Shown: piece after piece, positions 21,476 through 32,113 of the stretch
Numbering within the stretch: the first letter of the stretch is position 1
How the letters are laid out: the number at the start of each line of letters is the position of its first letter
Assembly: GCF_000281045.1 (NCBI RefSeq)
Contig: NW_008246092.1
Location: forward strand, 99,084-132,311
DNA from: Saprolegnia diclina VS20
Taxonomy: Eukaryota
DNA: 33,228 nt
Direction: 5' to 3'
Program-made: the position numbers and the translations under genes
Notes under the pieces: model-generated
The model's database searches: none
Seen by the model: only the letters and a program-made list of their open reading frames with translations
What the model was told of the DNA's origin: nothing

Positions 21476-24014
21476 ATGAGCAAGCTCCGGCAGCTCTCGC
21501 CCGAGAAGGTGATCCCATCGCCGCTGCCGCTGTACAAGCTGCCCGCCGAGGCCAAGGTGCCCAAGACGGGCTGCCCGTCACGGCCGTCGCGGCTGCGCGT
21601 CGTGCGGCACTTGCACTCGAGCCCGTCCGAGCCCGAGCCGATCCTCAAGGAAGCAATCAACGACGACGACAATGAGGATGACGATGGCGACGATGACGAG
21701 ACGGCGTCGATCACGACCGTGTACAACTACTACGAACCGGCGCTCAAGCACAGCGAGGCGCCATCGACGCTCAGTTTTGACTCTGTTTTTGAGAGCGGGA
21801 ACCTCCTGCGCGCCGACCGTGTGCGCTATCAAAACCACCGCACGCGGGACGAGTCTTGTACGTCGCGAAGTCCCTTTGCACTTCATGATCGCGCGCTTGT
21901 AGACCACGAGTACGAGCTCTACGTGCATCCAGACATCAACAATAGCGCATACCGCCAGTGGTTTTACTTCCAAGTGACCAATATGGTCGTTGGTGTCGAG
22001 TACCGGTTCGCGATCGTCAACCTCGCGAAAAGCGGCGCCTTGTACCAATCGGGACTGCAGCCCGTTGTCTACTCGGAGGCGGCGGCGGCGCACGGGACTG
22101 GGTGGGTCCATGGCGGCTTCCACGTGCGCTACGACGCGTCCGAGCGCCAAGAAGGCTCCAACACGCTCAGCTTTAGCTACGTCTTTGCTACGGCCTCGGA
22201 CTGCGTCTACTTTGCGTGCATTCACCCGTATACGTACACGGGTAGCTACCGTTTTTTCATTCTCGCAGCGTTTTATTGACGGATTTTGTAGATTTACTCG
22301 ACTATTTGGACGCGCTCGAGAGCGACCCGGTGCGATCGGCCGTGTGTCGTCGCACTGACCTCTGTCAAACGCTTGCCGGCAATTCCTGCGACCTGCTCAC
22401 CATCACGTCACCGGCCAAAGAGGGTGGTCTCCCGCTTGATGCGCGCCGAGGTAGCAGTGTTGATTTGACGCACCACTTGCGATACTTTGAGCTAGTGATT
22501 GTCATATCCGCCCGCGTGCACCCCGGCGAGTCGAACAGCAGCTTTATGATGAAAGGCATTCTCGACTACCTGACGAGCGCCGTGTACGGCGCGGTCGTTC
22601 TGCGCCGGCATTTTATCTTCAAGATCGCTCCAATGCTCAACCCGGACGGCGTCATCAACGGCAACACCCGCGTGAGCCTTGCGGGTTCTTTATCTTTTGA
22701 TGGACATATTGTCTATACTTCGAAACGATACTATACTAGGCTGGGACCTCAACCGCAAGTGGGCCTATCCGGTCGAGAAGCTTTTTCCGACCATCTTTCA
22801 CCTCAAGCGGCTCATCACAAGCTTCCAGCGGCCGCAGCCGAGCGGGCCGCCGCGTGTGGCGATCTACTGCGACCTCCACGGCCACAGCATCCAGCGCAAC
22901 ATCTTTACGTACGGCTGCTACAAGTCAACTCGACGGGGCAAGTCGGCGCTCAAAATGCACGCAAAAGACGACCCGCGTGTGTTCCCCATGATCGTCGTGC
23001 GTCCTTTTCCTTTGATTTTTCGTCTACAATGAGGTCGACAGGCCAAGCAAAGCGACTTGTTTTCGTTTGCCCACTGCAACTTCAAGGTGCAAGCGTCCAA
23101 GCTCAACACGGCGCGCGTCGTCGTGCATCAGGAGCTCGGTGTTATCAACAGCTACACGCTCGAAGCGTCGTTCTGTGGCCCCGATTTTGGCGCTAAAAAG
23201 GACACACAAATGTCGATAGCGGATCTCGAGGCCATGGGCGCAACGTGGTGTCAAAGCCTCCTCGTCTACTACGAGCTACTCACAAAAGAGGGCTCCAGTC
23301 CATCGGTCGGCAGCGTGCCATCCGCGCCGACACCAGACCCGCCGCGAGCGGTCGGCCAGCCCCGCGTCGAAGACAACGACGATGTCGACCCGGAGGAGCC
23401 GACCATCACATGGGATCCCGGTCTTCTCAACGACTGCGAGTGCTTGGTGTGGCCATAAAAACTCGATATATGGATTCTATGGGGAGAATATGTAGCTGGA
23501 TGCGATGAAGCAGCACGACGACGACGACGCAGATGCACAAGATGTCGACTCGGACGTGTCGGACGCAGCCAACAACCCGATCCCGCCCAACAACGAACCC
23601 GAATTGTACCGCCCCAAGAAGCCCAAGACGCGAAAAACCAAGAAGAAGAAGAAAGGAAAACATAAAAAGAAGCCCAAGAAGCGCAAGAAGGTGCTACTAC
23701 AAGGCACCAACGGCGGCATCCTCGGTACAACATTGTTCGAAATATCGATGTTAATCAGGCGCCCAGTTCCCACAATCCCCGTCCCGCTCCCGGGCGCCAT
23801 GACGTACCGCGACCCATCGACTGCGGGCATGGACGAACCTTATATGTTGGACCTTGCGGCCATCGATACACCCACGAGCGTCTACTCGCACTTCAAGAAG
23901 CCTGCGCTGTCGCGGCCTTCGTCGGGCAGCTCGATACCGAGCCTGAGCCCCAAGTTTAGCCTACAAAAGTGCGTCGGCGCGCTCATGATACGCCCGAGCA
24001 CGGTCGAGAGATAA
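21476..24014 (+). CDS. Cytosolic carboxypeptidase (M14D, Nna1/CCP tubulin deglutamylase family); introns ~21858-21902, 22242-22291, 22451-22495, 22685-22739, 22997-23041, 23447-23495; 5' start (21476 or 21367) and 3' end uncertain
   Basis: FESGNL, QWFYF, PYTY, RVHPGE (Zn HxxE), NPDGVINGN, DLNR, DLHGHS and SYTLEASF motifs. Confidence 0.9.
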
Positions 24015-24743
24015 CATCGACTTGTCAATTGTGATATAGCACGACTTCGCGCTTGGGATTGCTATCCCTTCAAAGCGCCGCGGTTCTCCCACCGGTAGCC
24101 CAGGATGGTCAGCTGCGAAACAGTCGCGAGCAAGTCGCGACACAGTCGTGAGGCAGGGACGGGGCAGTGTACGGCGGTCGCTCAGGTCTTGCAATCGCAC
24201 GATCTTTTTTCTTTCGTGCCTTTAGTCCAAGGGTTCTGAGGTCTCAGGTTCGGCAAATCTCAGTCAGGCCGAGACCACCGGTGCAAACCACTGCGCATCT
24301 CAAGCTCGGACTCGCCTTTCACTCGGTGCCCACTCGGTGCCCGCTCCATTAATGTCTTGGGCTACCGCCTCTGTCACTACGGGAACCACGATCGATAGAC
24401 ATGCTTAGACCCATATATGGCTTGAACCTGGCAATGCATGAAAGAACACAGTGTATTCAATACACTGTATGACAATCCAGTGTTCTGGGCTGCGTTTTGC
24501 TCGGAACAATGTAAGACGGCGAATATGGAGCTGTCCCAGGACCTGACCTTTGGACGAAAGTATGACGCATCGAAGGACGCATTAAAGGCTCCTCTGTGTC
24601 CACACGCACAGTGTTGCTCACCGAATCGATGCTCCGTTCGAACTCGCCGGTTACAAATGACGCGCGCCGAATTCGAGCTCCCCTAAATTTAACCGGTTAA
24701 ATTCGGCGGCTCGTCCGCAATACGGTTACTACTGTGAGGTTGA

Positions 24744-25371
24744 ATGGGTGCGGCAGCGAGCAACACCAGCGCAGCCGTCGCGGCGCCGATCGCCAAGACG
24801 GGCCGCAAGGTCATCCGGACCAAGCTCCGACGCCAGGACCTCTGTACGTCGATGGTCCTGCTGAGGTCGACGTCTCATGCTTCGTCTAGTCGTCTTCCAG
24901 GGCGCAGCGCCGGTCAAGTCGGGCAAGCTCATGGAGATGGACCAGCATATCCTGCACGACGCCGAGCGCTTTGACGAGCTCGAGAAGGTCGACTTCCTCG
25001 AGGTACGCGCGCGATGCTTGCCACAACGGCTCATACCGGCGATGTAGACGGACGTCGAGGGCTTCCAGCGCACGGCGAGCGCACGCCGCAAGCCAAGCGA
25101 CGGGCCGACGCCGCTGCCGACCGACAAGTCGTGGGCCTCCAACAGCATGACGCTCGTGAGCGACGAGCCCGGTCGCTTCACGGACAACCAGTTCCGCGAC
25201 CTCCTTCGGCAGTACCGCGAGAAGCCGACGCCTGAGACCAAGACCGCGCTTGCCGTCAAGTTTGGCGCCGACCCCAGCGTGATTGAAAACATCTTGACCA
25301 ACTGCACGCCGCCTCGGGTCATGGAGCCCACGACGTCTGTGAGCTACCCGTCGGGCGTCTGGTGGTCGTAA
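24744..25371 (+). CDS. NDUFAF4/UPF0240-like complex I assembly factor; exons 24744-24843, 24890-25002, 25048-25371; 178 aa
   Basis: MGxxxS N-terminus. The C-terminal PGRFTDNQFRDLLRQY...LAVKFGADPSVIENIL resembles the NDUFAF4 C-terminal helical motif. Two introns restore the frame (537 nt). Confidence 0.6.
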
Positions 25372-25539
25372 TAGAGTCCGACTAAAATACCTCTCGTCAA
25401 ATCCGCATACATTCTTGTCTTACTTTCGACGAGCTAGCCAATGATCCTAAATGAGCGTGGCGATGGCCGTCGCGTGGTGGGATTCACATTTGCTACATCT
25501 GCCCATGCGTCCTCAGTGGCTGTGTCCCTGCTCCCTGCA

Positions 25540-25821
25540 GATAGCAGATCCCGAACGTATCTTGCAGAGCGCCACTTGGCTGCCACTAAACAAGACGCGG
25601 TCGAGCCTGCGACGGTGCAGGGAAAACTCGACGTGGCCGTCGCCGAGCATGAAGACGCCACCACCCAACTAACTGGCGCCTTGGACTCTGCCGTTGGGAT
25701 CTTTTTGAACGCGCTCACCAAGTCGTACCGCGTCCAAGACATGGCTTCCTTCCGCCACGTCATCGCGGCCTCGCTTCAAGCCCCTCTCTACTTAGCATTA
25801 CTTACCAATGCTAAGCCCTAA
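25540..25821 (+). pseudogene. Orphan coding-like fragment
   Basis: GC3-biased stretch (KQDAVEPATVQGKLDVAVAEHEDATTQLTGALD...) after a CCCTGCAG acceptor-like site. No convincing upstream exon or family. Confidence 0.25.
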
Positions 25822-26449
25822 TCATTCAACAACCTGATTCATTATGCTTCTGTTGTTGTTTTTGGTGGCCGCCAACGCCTTGGCGCGAATTCTACTGCAT
25901 ATTATACTACGCCTTTGCTTCCTGCCAGAGGCGCAGCATGTGCCCTGACGTGATGAAGCTGTTGTAGAGCACGTCGCGGTCGAGCTGTGACCCTGTGGCT
26001 TAGAGATACTCAAGACACTCAAGACGAGCTTCCAATGACGACCTCCTTCATACGCCCAAAGAGGCTTTGCGGGTACCTGTTTAACACCTTAAGGACCTGG
26101 TTTGGATCGACACGAGCGAGTCGCGGCGCTCGATGTGCGACATTGTGAACGACGGTCGTGCGTGGTGCACGGCGTCGTGGCATCTTCATTTTTGTGGTCG
26201 ATGGCGGCAAGAGGAACGTTCGAGTGCGACTCGTTCATCTGCGCTGGCGCATTGATGCTCCTGCAGATACATGGTAGGATGGAGTCTGCAGTGGCTGGTA
26301 ACTGCTGCATGAACGAGAAGAGGTTTCGGCGAAACCGGTGTGAGACCAGGTGGCCTTTCCACGCAGCCAAAACGATGGGTGGCAACTCGATCCAGTCGAG
26401 CTCGAGCTCGCGGCGGACGCCGACGCGGACAGCGCGACACCGTCAGTCG

Positions 26450-29400
26450 ATGGCGCTCACGCATCTCACGGAGCGCTACACGATGCACGAAGCCCGTGAC
26501 GACGACGATGACGACGTGGTCGAGCGCGTCACCGAACATCGGCGCGCCGAGATCAAAAAGAACCCGACCTTGCGCACGTACCGAGGATGTGCGCGGTGGA
26601 AGGTGCGGATTCGGCGCTTCATGGACGAGCCCATGAGCAGCGTTCGTGCGCAGATCTACTGCTACGTTATGATCGTCAACATCATGGGCAATTTCATGCC
26701 GTGGATGATCGAGACGCTCGACGGACCCAACCACACACCAGGCGACCCGGGCACGTGCGTCGACTGCGGCTACCCGTGGCTCTTTACGGCGCAAACGTAC
26801 TTTTACTGGAATTTCGCCTACACGATCGTTTTTACCGTCGAGTTTCTCGTGCGCTGGGCCGCGTGCAAAAGCCAAGTCCACGTATTGCCTTGTCGTACAT
26901 ACATGGTGGGGCTTATGGTCGTCTTGTATGTGATAGTACTGGCGGCGTGCCCGTACGATCCTCGACGTCCTTGCGCTTGTGCCGAGCTACTTCCTGATCT
27001 ACCACAAATATTCGGACACGCCCGAGTCTAAGTACCAGCCGTACTTGAATATGCTGCGCATGGGCCGCAACATGCGCATCGCCCACATGCTCCGCGTTCG
27101 TTGCCGCGTCCAGAGTCTTGAAAACGTCGACTTTCTCGTGCGTAGGACGTGCCTGGGATTCGCATTTTGGCCATTACGACCAAGCAGTGCATTGCACCGC
27201 TGCAAGTCACGGTGCGCGAATTTCCATATGTTTTGTTGAGTTTAGTGAGTAGGGTTATTTCCTCGTGACGATCATCATGTTGTTTGCGACCGCCTTGTAC
27301 TATGCGCAGCCGTGCTACGATGTCGAGACGTGTAAATTCACCGACGTGTTCAACGCTGCGTACTTTATCATGGTCACGTACGTCGTCGTATATATTGGGC
27401 AATCTCTGTCCAATATTACACTAAAAAATACTTAGTGTTGCGACGGTCGGGTACGGCGATCAAACGATTGATGTCAACAACGTTCTCGCACTTCTCATCG
27501 ACTGCAACGCCATGATCTTTGGCGCGCTGTACCTTGCGATGCCCTTTGCGATCATTGGCGTGCGCTACCAAGTCGCGTGGCACCGCCACGAGGTCCGCGC
27601 GCGGCGACGCCTCCAGCATCAAGACTCAAAGGTCACTGTGAGCGTCCGGCCCATTCCAAGCGTGACGCTCAACACCTATGCGCACAAGGCGACGCGTCAC
27701 TATTTGGACCTGTGTGCCGAGGTCTCGTCGTTTTGCCGCCAAATCGACACGCTCTTTGGCTTTGTAAGCTCCTTTTCTCGAGAGAGCACGGCTCAACGCA
27801 TCACTAGGTGCCCCATGACGTCATTCATGGTGTGGACCGCAAAGATCACCACGAATTACTCGTCCAGATGGTAGCCAACGCAAAATATGTCATGGTGCTC
27901 TTCCACCACAACCTTCAAGACATCAAGGCGTTCGAGCCGAAAGCATCGGTAGCAGCAGACACCAAGCCCATTGGCCGCAAGCCCAGGTACGACCGCAATG
28001 CAGTTTCTACTCACTCAATCCTGTATACTCTAGAACGCGCACGACGCTACTGCAAAGCGTTTTGCAGCTCAAACTAGTGACCAACAAGAAGCACGAACTC
28101 GTGCTTGGGACGTGGCGCTACACGCTTGCACAGTGGCTCAAGCATCCGGACGATTCCCGCGCGGGTCGGTTCTTGCACACATGCTTCTTCCTCGTTGCAC
28201 TCGCGAGCGTCCTCTTGTTCTATGCCGAGACAACGCCCGAGCTTCAGAGCTACGGACCACTGACACCACTTTGCCAGCGGGCGTTTGCTACCTACTGTGC
28301 GCAGTCAGAGAACCCTTGGACCGACCCTGGCTGCTACGTGCACGATGCGAGCGGCGGTCTACGGTCGCCATTGACGATGCTCGACTTTTACTGCGGCACG
28401 CCCAATGCCGCCGACACGTGCTTTGGTTTTGGACCCAACTATGGCCGCAACAGCTCCGATTGCAGCGGCTTGTTTCAAGATGTCGAGCGGCTCTGTAATC
28501 TCCGGCAATGCCAATCGGGGCACACTCCAGTCCTCGACATGACGCCGCACTGGGTCTACTTGGAGTGGCTTTTTGGCATCGTCTTCTCGGTCGAGCTCGT
28601 TTTGCGCTATGCAGTCGCCGAGGACAAGCGTGCATATTGCATCGCTGGCGACACGGCCATCGATGTGCTTTCCGTGCTGCCCTTTTACGCCGAGGTAGAA
28701 CTCCTTTGTCTGGATCCGGACATACAACACGTGGCATCGCGTAGGCACTGCAAGGCTTCGTCGCCGGCCACGATCCGATCTATGCCGTTGTGCCGACGTT
28801 TCCGACCGCTGCATCCATTTTGCCCATTTGCAAGACGCTACGTGTGCTCAAGCTCACGCGGGTACGTGATTTCGCTGCGGATTGGTCCTCCATCAAACAA
28901 ATCATGGTAGCACTTTCGAGCGACAACGGTCCTCGCGCAAACCGCGATTCTGTGCTGGCGCCGCCTGTTGATCCCTGTACGTTGTGGCGGCTATGACGAG
29001 TCGTGACGCGGCATGCGTAGCTCTTTTTTCTCTTCCTCTCGTGCGTTGCGACGGCGGCGCTCTTTTACGAGATCGAGCGCGGTACCCAGTGCTTTGTGGG
29101 CCTTCCGTGCACATGGTGGGACCGGCAACTCTGGACCAACGAGCTCGAACAAGGGCTGCCGCATCTCAAGCGTGTGCAGATCCAAGTGAGCACGTACACC
29201 ATCATTACCGATATGCTCCGGTCGACATACTACTCGATTGTCACGTCCGACGCGCGGACATAGTACCTCTGTCGCTCATCGTGCTTTGTGTAGTTTTACG
29301 ACGGTCGGGTACGGCGACCTCAAGGTCCGCACTCCGTTTGGCAAGATATTTGACATTTTGGTGATGCTCTTTGGCTCGTGCTACACGGCGATGCCGCTGT

Positions 29401-30028
29401 CCCTTGTTGGCGGTCAATTCTACGCTTGCTACGAGCTCTACCTGCTCGAGCAGACGGTATATACGATGAGGTTTCATTCTATGCCAACGTCCATGTAGGG
29501 CGAGGACGTTACCGATGCCGGGCCGCGCGAAGACCATATTCCCAAGCACCTCGTTTTGTCTCCAGATGAAGTCGAGACGCTCCGCAACTGCAACGTACTC
29601 GTGATCCTCCTCGACGAAATGATCCACAACATCCACCGACTCAACGACCTCACGCCGCACGCAAGCTTCCTCGAGATCGTTCCTACCGAACGCACGGGCC
29701 ATCGAAGCAGCACTCAAGGCACGCGCAAGAGCATGAACGAGTCGATGGAGCTCGTGCGCCGCCGCGCGTCCGTGGGCCAGCAGATTGCGCGGGTCTTGCC
29801 AGGTCGGCGGTCCGTCGCTGACGTCTACGCGCCGACGGAGCTCGAGCGCATCCACGAGTATGCCCGTGTCCGCGGGCACCTACGGGACGCCTCGCACCTC
29901 GTGACGGTACGCTTCGTCAATTTGGCGCCTCGTGAACGTTGGTCTCGTAGACCATCTTTTTCCAATTTACGAGCCTCGTCGAGAAGATCGCTGAAGCGAC
30001 GCACAGCGAGTCGTATACGGAATTTTAG
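26450..30028 (+). CDS. Voltage-gated K+ channel with two tandem 6TM/1P repeats; exons 26450-26881, 26937-27095, 27146-27211, 27253-27377, 27436-27763, 27808-27986, 28034-28694, 28745-28861, 28911-28976, 29021-29244, 29294-29456, 29499-29906, 29951-30028; ~1001 aa
   Basis: Two TVGYGD filters (27443-27460, 29301-29318), two S4 segments (LRMGRNMRIAHMLR; CKTLRVLKLTRH), two S2 FxVExxxR motifs and two S6 AMP motifs. Twelve GT-AG introns give a continuous 3006-nt frame. Confidence 0.88.
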
Positions 30029-30290
30029 CCGCCAAATACAATGTACAAGTTGTCATCGGCGAGCTCAAACGGTTACGAACTTCAACGTCCCATCGAAACC
30101 GGTTGGTGGTGGTTACACCCATGAGCCACACGAACGCACCCGCTCGGTACTGACGGATTGCACTACTAGTATTCAGTAGCACCGGCAACTTGGCTATTTG
30201 ATAAATACGTGATCGCTTTGGCGTCGATCGAAACGGTAAAATCATCGTTTGATTACGAGCTCCACATGTGACGGGAAAGATCGTCGCATT

Positions 30291-31745
30291 TTACAACGAC
30301 AGTGCGCACGTTGCACTTGGGTTCTCGAGGTCGACGCTGGCTTGGACTGCAGAGACGAGCCGCAGCTTGAAGCAGCGCATCGCGCCCAGGGCTGTCACAC
30401 ACGCCACCGAGGCGTCGAGCGTGGATCGCATGTTCAAGCCACGGAGGGTACGCGCTGCTGCCTCGAGAGCTGGTAGCAGTGACGTCCAGTTGTCACTAGG
30501 CTCGTTGTCGGATAGATCCAAATGGGTGAGACAGGGACACTCGGGCACTGTTGCGAGAATGCTGTGGACATCCTTTGTACTCAGACTCGTGGACGCCAAG
30601 CGAAGCGACTGAAGACGTCGGCAGTGACGCAGTGTCGTCAAGAGCGCAGTCATCGCAGACGATACGGCATCAAGGCCAGTCAAGTCCAGGCGCTCCAAGA
30701 TGGAGAGGCTGCCAAAAGCCGAGACCACGTCGACGAGGCATGGTGCGTTCGGCAGCGTGCAGCCCGAGAGATTGACCGACTTGAGCTGCGTCAAAGAGCG
30801 CACAATGGGAGCAAGGATTCTCGGGGGCTGCGTCACAAAGACAACTTCCAGCTTGAGCTCAGTGAGGTTGCGCATTCGAGGCAGCGACATCACGAGGCCG
30901 TCGACGACGTCGTCTTCGCCCGTATTGTCGTAGACCTTGAGCGAGCAAAGCGACGGTGGAAGATGCGCCCAGAGGTTGTCATCCGGTACGACCGCCACGT
31001 TGTAGAGCGTGAGGTGCTGCAGCGACGTACAGGCTTGAAGAACCCGCGAGAGGTTCAGATCCGGGTCGTCAGCTGTGTCGAGGAAGAGGTTCTTGAGCAC
31101 AAGGTCCCTTGCGCGGCCAGTGCGCAAAAACGCTGCGAGGCCGAGCCCGAGACGCGCGTCGACTTCGTACGGATAGTCGTTGTGGGGCAGGACGAGGCTA
31201 AAGTTGCACAGCCGAGGATGCGCAAGTACTTGAAAGAGGGGGATCGCGGCCGTCATGCGCGGGTCCGTGTCTTCGCTGTCGTAGCGCAGATCGAGCTTCT
31301 CGAGTCGTGGACACGACAGCAAGAGATCACGAAAGAATGGTCCGTTGTCGCCGGCGAGTACGGTCGTATTGACGTGCAAGTAGACGCTCCGCAGATACGG
31401 CACAAAGTGCGTTGCGATGAGGTCCATTTGGGCCCGGCCAACGATGCCGCAATCCCAGTCGATGCGTGGGCCCAGCGATAGCGTGCTTCGAAGTAGATCA
31501 AGGGTCGGTGGCGGCAGAGCACGCGTCGTGAGCACGAGCGTCGGCCACACCACTTCGACGACCCGGCGGAGACTGGGCGTCGTCGCGATCGTCACGACGC
31601 TTTGCAGCGGCCGCGTTCGGCTTTGCTCGGGCAGCGTGTGAAGTAAGTCGAGGAACGTTCTCGGCTCGGGAATGAACGTCGCAATGATCTCAAAGATGTC
31701 GGCGGTGAGGCCATCGCGGGCATTGTGGCGCTGGCGCTGCGCCAT
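30291..31745 (-). CDS. RNI-like leucine-rich repeat protein with an F-box-like N-terminal segment (484 aa, intronless)
   Basis: Repeated LxxLxL motifs (LEKLDL, LQHLTL, LTELKL, LKSVNLSG, LERLDLTG, LTHLDLSDN) and N-terminal LTADIFEIIATFIP. Two CCAAT boxes upstream at ~31775 and ~31804. Confidence 0.8.
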   Translation of the reverse strand: MAQRQRHNARDGLTADIFEIIATFIPEPRTFLDLLHTLPEQSRTRPLQSVVTIATTPSLRRVVEVVWPTLVLTTRALPPPTLDLLRSTLSLGPRIDWDCGIVGRAQMDLIATHFVPYLRSVYLHVNTTVLAGDNGPFFRDLLLSCPRLEKLDLRYDSEDTDPRMTAAIPLFQVLAHPRLCNFSLVLPHNDYPYEVDARLGLGLAAFLRTGRARDLVLKNLFLDTADDPDLNLSRVLQACTSLQHLTLYNVAVVPDDNLWAHLPPSLCSLKVYDNTGEDDVVDGLVMSLPRMRNLTELKLEVVFVTQPPRILAPIVRSLTQLKSVNLSGCTLPNAPCLVDVVSAFGSLSILERLDLTGLDAVSSAMTALLTTLRHCRRLQSLRLASTSLSTKDVHSILATVPECPCLTHLDLSDNEPSDNWTSLLPALEAAARTLRGLNMRSTLDASVACVTALGAMRCFKLRLVSAVQASVDLENPSATCALSL

Positions 31746-31909
31746 CTTGTTTTGAAAAAGGCAACTTGTGGTAGCCAATCCGAGCGCGAGTCGCATTGAC
31801 TGACCAATCGCAGGCGACGCAACGGCCGTGGATGATCTTTCTTTCTCGATGAATCGTTGGCGTACCAGTTATTGTGGCTTGCATAGCGCGTGGCCATTTT
31901 CACCTCCAA

Positions 31910-31944
31910 AAAACCATCGATTAGCAGCGATAATCGATGGTTTT
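31910..31944. repeat. Perfect 14-bp inverted repeat with 7-nt loop
   Basis: AAAACCATCGATTA-gcagcga-TAATCGATGGTTTT. Confidence 0.9.
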
Positions 31945-32113
31945 ATTAGATAATCGAGGCATAGCGCGACACGCGTAAATTATAAATTCTGGTGGGACAG
32001 TCTCCAAAAAAGAATATAACTATTACAAAATATACTCTATGTATTTGTATGCTATATTTATGGTTTTACTAAAGATGTCTGGCAGGCCACCCGCTTTTGT
32101 CATTTGACACCTT

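Noticed and set aside
24669..24680. GAATTCGAGCTC (EcoRI-SacI, as in the pUC polylinker)
   Set aside because: The match stops after 12 bp (no GGTACC follows) and a similar motif occurs at 13315; not vector contamination.
25951..26025. GTGATGA as a possible C/D snoRNA C box
   Set aside because: No CTGA D box or terminal stem at a suitable distance.
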